This document shows, piece by piece, positions 32,001 to 44,700 of a stretch of DNA of 64,000 nt; position 1 is the stretch's first letter, and every line of letters starts with the position of its first letter. A program made the translations under genes and the position numbers. This DNA is from Azolla caroliniana (lineage: Eukaryota > Plantae > Polypodiophyta). The stretch is taken from positions 20,212,001 to 20,276,000 of the forward strand of contig JBHGNT010000007.1 of assembly GCA_043228905.1 (NCBI GenBank). Reading direction: 5' to 3'. The notes below the pieces were generated by a model. That model saw only the letters and a list, made by a program, of their open reading frames with translations, searched no databases and was not told where the DNA came from.

Positions 32001-32466
32001 ACTATAAAAGATGAAAGCCTTTCAATAGCACCTAGCACAAAAGCACTGAAGGGATTTCAAAATAACAATTGCGCAACCCATTTGTGTTTCAACACTTGGA
32101 TTTTGTTGAGAAAAAATAGAGCTCTTTCTGAAGTATTCTAAAGAAATACAAATAAATAAGCAAAGGAACAACGAAAAGGAGAAGCAAAGAATGAAACAGA
32201 CAAAGAAACAAATGGGATCAAAAGGCAAAAAAGACACGGCAAAACAAGGAAACAATGCAATAGGTGAAAAGAAAGAAAAGAAAGGACAGAGAAAAGAAAG
32301 CGGAAAGAGCAGAAAACAAAGGAGATAGAAGGGGAGGCCGCACCTGGAAGAGAGAGATGGCGTAGGTGATGTAATTCCTCATCTTTCCCTGAGTAGTGAT
32401 GCGAATCTCATTCTCGTTGATGGGGGTCTCTGAGCGAGGCTTCTCCACTCGTTGGTAGCGATCCAT
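29053..32466 (-). CDS. Alba DNA/RNA-binding protein (Rpp25-like) with C-terminal RGG repeats; 8 exons, about 271 aa
   Basis: Exons (minus) 32466-32344, 31658-31578, 30934-30846, 30755-30681, 30578-30514, 30184-30110, 30027-29821, 29153-29053. GT-AG, 816 nt. Motifs MDRYQRVEKPR...NEIRITTQG, KAMGRAINKTV, GLHQITTI...WEPLEEGL, TRHVSMI, GYQPPLP, then RGRG repeats. Confidence 0.93.
29220..29838. repeat. Tandem duplication of about 314 bp in the last Alba intron, including the donor site
   Basis: ATATAATGACATT(G/A)AAACTAACCTG...AATAATTCACCTCG occurs at about 29220-29510 and about 29535-29825. Confidence 0.88.
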
Positions 32467-32779
32467 GCCTGCTCTGCAGCCGTTCCTTTCTTATCTATCT
32501 GGGTGTCTCTTTCTTCTTCTAATCCTTCTTTTCTTCTCCTCCTTCTGCTACCACTAAGATTTGGGCAAGGTAGAAGAAAAAAGAAGAGGAGGAGCAGAAG
32601 CAGGGGCAGAAGCAGAAGCAGGAGGAGCAGGAAGATGGAGGAGAAGGGCAGGCCTCTGTTTCTGGTTCTGGTTCTGTTTTCTGTGTGTATCTAGCTTTGA
32701 TGGGTTGTCTTGTGTTTTGTTATTTGGGGGGGGCCCAAAGCCAACCCTTAGGGTTTGGTTTAGATGATGATGATGAGCA

Positions 32780-32888
32780 TGTGTATGTGTGTGTGTGAGA
32801 GAGAAAGAAGAAAGAAGAAAGAAAGAAAGAGAGAATGTGTATGTGTGTGTGTTGTGTGTGTGAGAGAGAGAGAGAGAGAAAGAGAGAA

Positions 32889-32919
<31 letters not shown>

Positions 32920-32925
32920 AAGTGT

Positions 32926-32956
<31 letters not shown>

Positions 32957-33142
32957 AAGTGTGGTGTGTGTGTGTGAGAGAGAGAGAGAAAGTGTGGTGT
33001 GTGTGTGTGAGAGAGAGTGAGAGAGAGAGAGAGAATGTGTGTGTGTGAGAGAGAGAGAGAGAGAATGTGTGTGTGTGAGAGAGAGTGAGAGAGAGAGAGA
33101 GAGAGAATGTGTGTGTGTGTGTGAGAGTGAGAGAGAGAGAAA

Positions 33143-33175
<33 letters not shown>

Positions 33176-33355
33176 AGTGTGTGTGAGAGAGAGATAGAGA
33201 GAAAACGTGTGTGTGAGAGAGAGAGAGAGAAAGTGTGTGTGTGTAGAGAGAGAGAGAGAGAAAGAAAGAAGAAAGAAAGATATATTAACGTCTTCTAAGG
33301 CCAAAATTGGCCCATGAGACAAATGGTTTACAAAAAAATGGAATATTTACTCATT

Positions 33356-33392
<37 letters not shown>

Positions 33393-33437
33393 TGTGTGTG
33401 AGAGGTATTCTTGACTTTTCCTCTTGTATTCACAGGC

Positions 33438-33482
<45 letters not shown>
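32780..33482. repeat. Compound (GT)n(GA)n array and an opposed (GA)n/(CT)n pair upstream of Alba
   Basis: Alternating GT and GA blocks at 32780-33275, (GA)n at about 33360 and (CT)n at 33439-33482. Confidence 0.9.
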
Positions 33483-33486
<4 letters not shown>

Positions 33487-34861
33487 TCTATATATTTGCT
33501 CTCGCTATGCAAATGTGTATGCAATCTTGATATGTAAATGTGTTTATATTTGCCATCGGGTATAGGTGTATGCGTATAAATCTGTATCTGTATATGTGTT
33601 CTTGTTGCCCTCAACCACACATACGCTCGTGTTCGTATGCCATCCATCAAGTATATTTGGGTATTGCCTGCCTGTGTTATGTCTCACTTGCGAACTCCTC
33701 CAATCATGGATCGTCGATCTTCCCCATCATACATATCATTACGATTTGCTTGATCCTATTGCTAATTGGCTTCCTGACAATGCTTGCCTTCAAATCCATC
33801 TCATGCGTGTTCGCAAAACCACCGCCTCCTTTTGGTTGAAGCGATGGCATGCCCTAAATTTCCCACGACATTAAGACAGTTGATTGTTTCTACAACCTTG
33901 TCAATCGCCCTTCCCAAACTGCCCATGTCTTTCCATTCGAAAAACATTTGTTCGACGTCCATCATCATCGTTGTTGTTTTTTATTGATCAACCACCTCTC
34001 CTTACTGCTTCATCTCATGTCGAATTCGCCAAAAGTAGTTTTGTCTAAAAGTAGAATTCTACATGCCAATGAGGAACCACTTGGGTTACAATGCGAGAAA
34101 CATAAACAAGCAAAGGTGGATTATCATCATGGTCAGGCAAGGCGAGTGCGTTAATAAGACACAGAGTAAAGATTCAAAAGTTTGAATTCTCGGTTATAGA
34201 TAGGATAATTAGAAAGGACAATTAACTTCTATGAGTTAAGTGACTTTGGATAATGAAATTAGGTTGAATCCTTCATTATATTGTCAATTACAATCATCCA
34301 TATGGAGCAAAGAAGAAGAAGATGATGAAAGCACAAAAGGAGACCAACAAGTATCATTAAGACATCAATAACGAGGGAGGTTGAATCTCTACGCATGTGA
34401 GAATAACAAGAAGAAGATAAAGTGAATGCTTTGTTGCATGATTGTGCTAGGGAAAACAACTAAAATATAGATGATTTTAATGAAAAGGACATTGTTTGGG
34501 TGGACATTGAGACAAAATATATATTATAGTCTTTTCCAAATTTGTACAAAATAAGGTTTTGGGGACAAGCAATGGAAACAAGGAATCAACGAAGAGGAAT
34601 ATGTTAATCTTGAATGTTAAAGTTTCTAGAACTTGTTGAGGACCTGTGATTGAGTCAAACAAGAAAACACAGATAATTAGAAAGAAAAATATTTGTGTAC
34701 TATTATAGAGGAGAACAAGAAGAACATATAGTTCTACAAATTAGCTCAAAGTATATTCATGTACATTTCCCTCCAAAACTCTCTCTTTACAATGGTTCAA
34801 TGTAAATGAGAGGCATAGGTGATGTTGTGCAACGTAAATGAACTGTGTGTGTGTGCAAGTG

Positions 34862-34960
34862 TGTTACCGATTAGGAACACTGTCTACGCTCAATCCTTCG
34901 AGGTAGACCTCAAGGTGACCGTGTTACAAGGAATGGAACTGTCCTATCGTAAATCATAAT
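34862..34960 (-). repeat. Truncated 3' LTR of Gypsy-X copy 1
   Basis: Matches 54965-55063. The rest of the LTR and about 0.6 kb of adjacent internal sequence are deleted, judged against copy 2 (34968 aligns with 60551). Confidence 0.85.
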
Positions 34961-35431
34961 AACATATCTTCTTGACTTTCGCCGAAATCTTCTAGTAGCT
35001 ACGCGAGTTCCTCGAAGTGCTGGTCCTCGAGCGCGCGATAGTCTTGTGCGAGCTCCTCTCGTACTGCCGCGATGCTGTCGTCATTGACCTTGTAGAAGCC
35101 TCAACCTTCCTTTCACCGTTTTCCCAATCCGCCTGATATGTATGAAGTTTTACTGCTTGCGTGCGCTACCCATGGCGTCCATCCTTTGTCTAGCGCCATT
35201 TTTAGTTGCGCCGTAAACTTCTCCCGATTTGTTTGGAGAAGTATGCGCACATTGTCCATAATTACTTGGGAGCGGTTTTGTGCTTCGTCCAGTGCCTTCT
35301 TGAGGTTTTCAATTTTACGCTTGTTGACCGCGGCCGCCTCCTCATAGTGGCTCTTCATCTTTGCCCATATTTGGGATTCTTTTAAATGTAGCTCCTCCAT
35401 CCGACCCATTTCGTTTTTCAGGCGGACTTCT

Positions 35432-38400
35432 TGTAGAGAAATGCACGGAATATCGCTCAGCCACAACAGAGTAATAAATCACTTCTCAAAGAATCAAACA
35501 CAAAAATGGGAAGTAGAGAGTACACAAGAAACACAAGAAAATGACACAGGATGTTTACGTGGAAAACCCTAATAGGGAAAAACCACGGGAGCCCACAGAC
35601 TTCGAACTATCACTATGAAGAGAAGGGGTACAATCAGAGACTCGGAGGCAACAACCTCGAGCTCAGTTTCTTCGCACAGTGGTGGTTACAACAGAGTATC
35701 GCTCTGTAACTCTCTCTCCCTCTCTCCCTCTCTCTTTGTACCACAGTTACAACAATATGACTACAACACATAACGACCATCCTAAAGTGATTGCCCTAAG
35801 TCATATTTATACTTATAGGAATTTAGGGCTATTTACAAATATAGCCTCAATGGGCTTACTCAGAAACATATTTACAGATATGTCTTCTACATCCGGTTCT
35901 CAAGATCCCATCCGGAGGGACCGAAATCCCAACAATCTCCCCCTTCACTCTGGCATGGGATGTTTCGTCAGCCCGATCCGCGTTCGACATGCGTCCAGCT
36001 TGTCGGGTGTCACCACTTTGGTCAGCATGTCCGACCTGTTCTCCTCTGTGTGGATCTTCGTTAGCATGAACTCTTGATCTTCTACTCTCTCCCGGATCCA
36101 GTGGTACCTCCGTTGGATATGTTTTGTTTGGGAATGGTAGGCCGCGTTCTTTGCAAGATGGATGGCACTCTGACTATCGCAGTAGAGCCGGTATTCCTCC
36201 TGTTGGATCCCTAGCTCACCAATGAAGTCCTTTATCCAGATTATTTCCTTGCCGGCTTCCACGGCTGCCATGTACTCCGCTCCGTGGTTGACAACGCAAC
36301 CGTCTTCTACAACCTCGACTGCCACGAGACAACTCCCCCTGAATAGGTCATGACATATCCGGATGTAGACCGGCTGGTATCCGCATCAGCCAACATATCT
36401 AAATCCGTGAATCCGTCAAAATGGGGTTTACCGGAGCCGAATTGGAGGCACATGCTCGAGGTGCCTTTCAAATACCGGAGTATCCACTTGACCACGTTCT
36501 AGTGCTCTCTTCCGGGATTGCTCATGAACCGGCTCACCACTCTGACTGCATATCTGATATCCGACCGAGTACACACCATTGCGTACATCAAGATCCCGAT
36601 TGCAGAGGCATATGGTATCTTCATCATATTCGCCTTCTTTGCCTTTGTCCTCAAGCTCTGCTTTCCGGATAGCTTGCAGTTTGCCGGAAGTGTCGATATG
36701 ACCGGTTTCGCATCTGACATGTTGAACCGCTGAAGCACCTTCGTCAAGTACTTTTCCTGTGACAGCCACAATAACTTCTTCGACCAGTCTCGGATGATGT
36801 GCATCCCCAATATCTGTTTTGCCGGACCCAAGTCTTTCATTGAGAAAGTCCGGTTCAGGGCCTTCTTCAGCATCCATATTTTGACTTGGTCTCGTCTGAC
36901 GATCAACATATCATCCACATATAGGAGCAATATCAGGAAATCTCCTCCATCAAATGTCTTCACAGACATGTTGAACCGCTGAAGCACCTTCGTCAAGTAC
37001 TTTTCCTGTGACAACCACAATAACTTCTTCGACCAGTCTCAGATGATGTGCATCCCCAATATCTGTTTTGCCGGACCCAAGTCTTTCATTGAGAAAGTCC
37101 GGTTCAGGGCCTTCTTCAGCATCCATATTTTGACTTGGTCTCATCTGACGATCAACATATCATCCACATATAGGAGCAATATCAGGAAATCTCCTCCATC
37201 AAATGTTTTCACAGACATGTTGAACCGCTGAAGCACCTTTGTCAAGTACTTTTCCTGTGACAGCCACAATAACTTCTTCGACCAGTCTCAGATGATGTGC
37301 ATCCCCAATATCTGTTTTGCCGGACCCAAGTCTTTCATTGAGAAAGTCTGGTTCAGGGCCTTCTTCAGCATCCGTATTTTGACTTGGTCTCGTCTGACGA
37401 TCAACATATCATCCACATATAGGAGCAATATCAGGAAATCTCCTCCATCAAATGTCTTCACAAACACGCAGTGATCGGCCTACGTCTTGCGGTACCCTTG
37501 ATCGGTCATGAAGGAGTCAAACTTTTGGTACCATTGCCGGGGAGCTTGCTTTAGTCCGTATAAGCTCTTCTTCAATCGGCACACCGGGTGCTCCTTCCCT
37601 TTCTTCTCAAATCCTTCTGGTTGATGCATGTAGATCTCTTCTTCGAGGTCTCCGTGTAAGAATGTTGTCTTGACGTCCAATTGCTCTACCTCAGGTCCAT
37701 GCTTGCCGCTATGCCCAATATCGTCCGGATGGATGTGATCTTTACTACAGGGGCAAAGATCTCATCGAACTCCACTCCTTTCTTCTGCTGGAAGCCCTTC
37801 ACCACGATTCAGGCCTTATACCTTGGTGGATTTCCGGCGTCTCCCGGTTTTAGCTTGTACACCCACTTGTTTCGAAGTGCCCTCTTTCCTTTCGGTAACT
37901 CCACCAATTCGTATGTGTGGTTCTCATGCAGGGAATCCATTTCATCCTACATGGCACTCAACCACTTGCGGCTGTGGGTGTCTCCCCTTGCTTCTTCAAA
38001 GCTTTCCGGCTCCCCATCATCGGTTAGCAATACATGCTCTGCATCCAGGAATCTTCGGGGGCCTCTTCTCTCCCGGAGAGGATACCTCCGTCCTTGGTTT
38101 CTGACTACCGGTTCCTCCGTCTGTTCCTTATCCGAATCCGATTCAGGCTCTTATCTGGTTCCAGTGTCTTCTTCTTTCGTCGGTTCGGTTTCTTGTCCGA
38201 ATCCGGCCGGTTCGTCGAGTGTCATCCCGTTGCCGGCTAATATCCGGTTTTCAACCGGGTATATCCTTTTGTCCTCAAGCCGGTTTTCAATGGATGATCC
38301 GGAGTTCGTTACCTTCTTCTCCGACTCCCAGTCGGCAATGGTCCTGTCTTCCCTGAAGACTATGTCCCGATTCCGGAACACCTTTCTGTCGACCAGAACC

Positions 38401-41015
38401 CACACTCGGTAACCGAACTCATCATCGCCATATCCAAGGAATATGCATGGTGGGACTTTGGATCCAGATTTGCTCTCTTGTCCTTCGCCACATGCACGTA
38501 TGCGAGACACCCGGACACCTTCAGATACCGGTAAGACACATCCTTACCGGTCCATACTTTCTGCGGTGAGTCTCCGTCCAAGGGTACTGCGGGTGATTTG
38601 TTTATCACATAGGTTGTTGTCGTCAGCGCCTCAGCCCAAAACGTCTTGGGTAACTTGGCATGTGCGAGCATGCTCCAGACTCTCTCCATTATGGTCCGGT
38701 TCATCCTTTCGGCCAACCCGTTTAGTTTTGGCGTCTTCGGCACGGTGAATTCGAGCCGGATTCCCCTCGACCGACAGTACTCCTCGAACTACCCTCGGTA
38801 TTCTCCTCCGTTATCTGCTCGAACTGCCTTCAACTTCCGGCTGGTTTCTCTTTCCACTCTCGCGTGGAGCTCCTTGAAGACAGATAACACTTGATCCTTC
38901 ATCTTCAACGGCGAGATCCACAGCTTCCGGCTATGGTCATCTATGAACATCACGAAGTACTGCGATCCGGCATGTGCCTTCGTGTCCACTTGACACACAT
39001 CGGTATGCACCAGCTCTAGTGGTGCATTCCGTCTCATCGGTGGTCTTGATCGGAAGGAGGTTCGGTTTTGCTTACCGGCCAGGCAATCAGTGCACTTCTC
39101 AAGATGCACGTCTTTCACCAGAATGAGGTTGTCTTTGGCAAGCCTCCTTATCCCCTTCTCACTCATGTGACACAGTCTCTTGTGCCACAGCTCACCGATA
39201 GTGTCAGATGCTACGTTCACTTCTTCCCGGCATATCCGGGCATTCATCAAATACAATGTGTTGACCTTCCAGGCTTGAGCCACTATTAAGCTCCCTTTAC
39301 AGAACTTCATGACACCGTTTCGGATGCTACCTGTGTAGCCTTCATCATCTAGCCTACCGACTGATATCAGGTTCAATCGAACCTCCGGAACGTGTCAGAC
39401 ATCCTTCAACAGCAACTTGTATCCGGTTGATGTCGTCAACATCACATCTCCTATGCCGATTGGCCTGTCCCTTCATTCCCCATTCGGATACAACTGTGCT
39501 CATTGGCTGTGTAGGATGAGAAGCATTTCCGATCCGAGGTAAGGTGGAACGACGCTCTGGAATCGACAACCCACGTTGTCTCGTCGACGGCAAGGTTCAA
39601 CTCACTTCTCCTCGGTGATAAGCATTAGTTCTTCTTCACTTGCCGCGATCGCCGTCGTTCCCTTCCAGTCCGGGTCTCACTGATCCGAACCGTTTCAGTC
39701 CGGTGACTTCTTCAAATCAGTACTGTCAGTTCCCTTGTCCTTCCAGAAATGCCAATAGTTCTTCTGGAAGTGCCCCGACTTGCCGCAATAGAAGCAAGTG
39801 GGCCTCCCCCTTGACTTTGACCGTGTCCTTGACTTTTTCCAGTTCTGGGGACTCCGATTCCTTTGTCTTCCACATTTCGATTCGGTAAGGAGGGCTTTGG
39901 CGTCGGAGATCACCTCCTTGTCTTTCCAATGCGCCTCCTCATCTAACAAGCTTGACTCGGCTCTTGCTAGGGATAGTTGTTTTCCTTCCGGCCCGGCGTT
40001 GCCCAACGTGACAACTAATGTCTCCCAGCTATCCGGGAGGGAACCGAGCAAAAGTAGAGCAAGTACCTCATCGGCAAGAGTTACTTCCAACGAGGTTGCT
40101 TGGTGTATCAGCCCCTGGAAGGCATTCATGTGCTCCACCATACTGGAGCCGTCTTGGTACTGGATCCTCACTAGCTTCCAGAATACCGAAACCCGATTAA
40201 CAACATTTTTGTTCTGAAACATAATGCCGATCTTCTCCCAGAGCTCATGAGCCTTGCTCTCTTCATTGAAGTTGTTGTACAAGCTCATGTCGATGAAGCA
40301 CCAGATGTATGCCGTTGTCTTCATGTGCATCACCTCCCACACCGTGTCGTCGATCTTGTCTGGTCTCTTGTCCCCGAACTGAACTGGCAACCAAAGATCT
40401 TTAACCACCAGCATGTCCCTCATCTTCAACTTCCACACTAAGTAGTTGGAGCTGGTGAGCTTGAACATGCCGCCGAAAGATTCTTCCATTTTCTTTGTTG
40501 TTCACTCTGATACCAGTTTGTAGAGAAATGCATGGAATATCGCTCGGCCACAACCGAGTAGTAAATCACTTCTCAAAGAATCAAACACAGAAATGGGAAG
40601 TAGAGAGTACACAAGAAAATGACACAGGATGTTTACGTGGAAAACCCTAATAGGGAAAAACCACGGGAGCCCACAGACCCCGAACTATCACTATGAAGAG
40701 AAGGGGTACAATTAGAGACTCGGAGGCAACAACCTCGAGCTCAGTTTCTTCGCACAATGGCGGTTACAACAGAGTATCGCTCTTGTAGCTCTCTCTCCCT
40801 CCCTCCCTCTCTCTTTGTACCACAATTACAACAATATGACTACAACACATAACGACCGTCCTAAAGTGATTGCCCTAAGTCATATTTATACTTATATGAA
40901 CTTAGGGCTATTTACAAATATAGCCTGAATGGGCTTACTCAGAAGAACATATTTACAGATATGTCTTCTACATCCGGTTCTCAAGATCCCATCCGGAGGG
41001 ACCAAAATCCCAACA
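35432..41015 (-). mobile_element. Complete but inactivated Ty1/Copia (Copia-C, same family as Copia-A/B)
   Basis: TSD CTTCT at 35427-35431 and 41016-41020. LTRs 35432-35934 and 40519-41015 (TG...CA). tRNA-iMet PBS TGGTATCAGAG at 40505-40515, PPT 35937-35946. gag 40489-39695, fragmented pol ending ...KHPMPE. Confidence 0.96.
36716..37462. repeat. 3 x 249-bp tandem repeat within the Copia-C RT
   Basis: GACATGTTGAACCGCTGAAGC starts at 36716, 36965 and 37214. Each unit is 83 codons and contains LLYVDDML. Confidence 0.93.
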
Positions 41016-41714
41016 CTTCTATCTGATGTGTCGCCTCCTGTTCTAGTACAAGTTGCTCGTCGTACCATACTTTCTTCTTTTCCAACAGCTCTCGGAGTCC
41101 TCTGTTCACCCCCTCCATCTTGTTGACTTCCTCCCGTAGTTTGCTATTTTCTTCTTTGGTGACGATGTGAGCTGTTGTTTCCGCTCCGAGCTTCTCTACC
41201 AGTGCTTTTATTGCCTTACGCCCCTTGGCTCGGATGTCCGTTTCTCTGTCAGAAGATTGGTGGAGTTATGCACAGAGGCGGTCTATCTCGGATTCTGTCA
41301 GTTGGGTAGCCCTTTTTGCTTTTGTGGCAATGGCAATCTGTGCATCAATCTCCTCCCTTAGGGATTGCGATGCGGAATTGTTGTCCGTCGATCCAGATTT
41401 CCGTTGTGCCGTAGTTATGTCGCACTCCAACTCTGCGATGCGTTCGTTGGCCTTTTGCAGCTCCGCTTGGGTCTGCTTGACCGCCTTCCAGACGTTTTTG
41501 TTTTTAATCGCCATGTCTTTGGCGCCCATACTGACCTTCGCCAGTTCTCTGTGTACTTCAATGAGGGCCGCATTTAGTGGGGGTAACTCAATACCTACGT
41601 GGCGGACTCTCGCGTTTCGCTTCCTGCCAACTTTGGCGAGGGGCCCTTCATCCTCACTTTCTGTTATGCGTGTGAGCACACGCTCAATCATCTATTGTTT
41701 TGCGTGCTCCTCCG

Positions 41715-44700
41715 TGTCACAGATAGATCATAAGCTCAAGAGACAAGAAAGAAGATAGACAAATGGATGAGTAGTATTAACGGAAAGACTCCATAACTGG
41801 TGTTGTTCACCTTGAATTCCTTCAAGGTGAACTCCTCTATTTATACTACATGGCATGCATACTTGTTGCACGCATGTGAATCTACAATAGAGCATGTAGG
41901 TATGCATGCATGTGCCAAGTGTAAATACTACAAGGGAGCAACTATGCACATGATGCTAGCAAAACAATAAGGACCAATTACATACATAATTGTGTACTAG
42001 ATATATTGGTTAACCCATGATACTAGATTATAACATGGTCGTGTCAAGAGTTGGAATCTTGACATTATCCCCCCTCCTACGCCGCCTTCCCAAATCGGCC
42101 GATGGTTTGTGGGGATATCAGTGATGAATATCTTGGACGACCTTTGGGGAATTTTGTAAATTTTCCGATGATTCCCACGTGACCCCTCCATAGGACAAGG
42201 TATTGCAAGTGTCGACGGTGCCAATGCGAGTTAAGGATTTGGTCGACCTTGTATTCCTCCCCTGTCGTCAATTGCACATGTGGTGGTGGTGGGGCCTGAC
42301 ATCCTGGGAGTTGTGAAGCATAATGGGGTTCGAGGAGGGAGACATGAAAAACATCATGAATCCAGAAGTGGGATGGAAGGGCAAGCTGGAAGGAGACGGG
42401 ATTGATGCACTCGATTATACGGAATGGTCCCAACTTCTTGTAATCAAGTTTCGCACATGGACGAGTAGTAGAGATCTGTTGACGTAACAACCAGACCATG
42501 TCTCCAATGACTAAGTGTGGAGTGGCAGATCGATGGCGATCAACCTGCTTCTTGTATCGTTAACTAACAAGACTAAGGTCCAAGGATAAATCATGATGTA
42601 GTTCTTCCAAAATGTGGGTGTGATCCTCCGCCGAAGGGTTCACGGAAGTGGTAGGAAGGGAAATGTTGAAGCGAGGATGTAAACCATAGTTGGCAAAGAA
42701 GGGAGTGACGCCAATCGATGCATGGAGAGAATTATTGTAGGCGAATTCCGCGAGCGAAAGTAAGTTGACCCAATCATCTTGTGGTAACTAACAGAGCACC
42801 GAAGATACTGCTCAAGGATTTGGTTGACACGCTCTGTTTGCCCATTAGTTTGGGGGTGATAAGTGGATGACAACTTGATAGAGATGCCTAAAGTTTGTAG
42901 TAGGTGTTGCCAGAAGTGAGAGACAAACTGGGGTCCGCGATCGGAGATGACATCATCGGGGAGTCCATGCAAGCGTACCACATTGTTGAGTAGTAGATGC
43001 ACCATTCCTTCTCCGGAAATGGTTTTGGAGCATGGAGTGAAGTGAGCCATCTTCGTAAACCGATTGACAATGACCAACACCGAGTCATAGCTATTGACCA
43101 AGGGTAGACCAGTTATCAGGTCCATAGAGATAGAGGCCCAGGGACAACGAGGACATGGAAGCGGCTGTAGTGAGCCGTATGGCCGATGATGAATGGCTTC
43201 GGAGTGAGCACAAACCTCACAACTCTTTATGTATTCTTTGACCAACTTCCATGGTTGTGGTCACCAATACCCCCGAGAGATTAGCTCGAGGGTTTTCGCG
43301 ACCCCGAAATGACCTACAAGTGGGTCATCGTGGCATTCCCGCAACACCCGGGTGCAACATGGGCCCTCTGGGACGTATAAGAGATGATCTCGGAACAACA
43401 AACCCTCTTGTATGGTGAAGGTGTCAAGATCCTTCCTTTTGGTCGCCTTGGAGGGGTTTTGCAGACTATCTCGAATCTCATTGGTGAATGCATCGGTCTT
43501 GGATGCATCAATGATCTGTTGGAGTAATGAATCATCCTGCAACATACAAGTGGCAAAAAGATGCAATTGGTCGGGTTTCAACAAACGTCTAGATTGTTGA
43601 GCATAAGCAACATCCCCAGGGTGGAGTGCAAGGTCAGCTTGGCGAGAAAGGGCATCGGCCTTCCCATTTTGGCCACCAAGTCGAAATGCGATCTCAAAAT
43701 CGTAGTCGACGAGAAATGTCGACCAACAGGCCTGCCTTCGATTCAAAGTACGAGTGGTGGAAAAATAAACTAAATTTTTATGATCAGTCACTACCTGGAC
43801 ACGATGTTGTGCGACGGCCAAGTAGGGTCGCCATTCTTCAAAGGCAACAATGATAACAACAAGCTCCTTGTCGTATATGGGATAATTGATTTCCGGGAGT
43901 AGTAAGCCACTAGGTGCATTAGGTTGGTGTCGTTTGCCTGGGATAAGATGGCGCCAATGGCGAAGTCAGAGGCATCGGTTTTGACTTGGAAGGGTTTTGT
44001 GGGGTCGCCATGTAGCAGCACCGGGGCAGTGATGAATGCGTGTTTGAGTGAGTCAAACGCATTTTGCACCTCCGAGGTCCATAAAAATGGAGTGCCTTTA
44101 CGGGTGAGAGTGATAAGAGGTTGTGCTAGGGTGGAAAAACCCTTGATGAAGCGACGGTAAAAATTTGCGAAGCCGAGGAAGGATTGCACATCTTTAAGTC
44201 GCCTTGGAGTCGCCCACGCCTGAATGACAGAGACGTCTTCATATCCATGGTGATGCCAGTGGGTGAGATGATGTAGCCCAGAAATTCGATCGAGGTACGG
44301 TCGAACTCACATTTCTCGCCTTTGGCATAAAGGCCATGCTCGCGAAATTTGGCAAGAACTAATCGGACTTGGCAAGTGTGCTCCACGTTTGGCGAGAAAA
44401 TGAGAATATCATCGAGGTAAATGACAACAAAATGATCAAGATATTCCTGGAATATATTGTTCATCATATGTTGAAAAACTGTTGGAGCGTTAGTAAGACC
44501 AAAAGGCATTACCTTGTATTCGAAATGCCCATATCGTGTTCGAAATGCGGTTTTCCATTCATCCCCCGACTTGATGCGTACTAGATTGTACGCTCCATAT
44601 AGATCAACTTTGGAGAAGACATGCGCAACTCAGAGCTGATCAAGGAGTTCGGGGATCAGAGGTAGCGGATAGTGGTTGCGCACAGTGAGTTTGTTGAGAC

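Noticed and set aside
32720-33650. 200-aa and shorter Ser/Leu/His or Arg/Glu ORFs
   Set aside because: Translations of GT/GA microsatellites.
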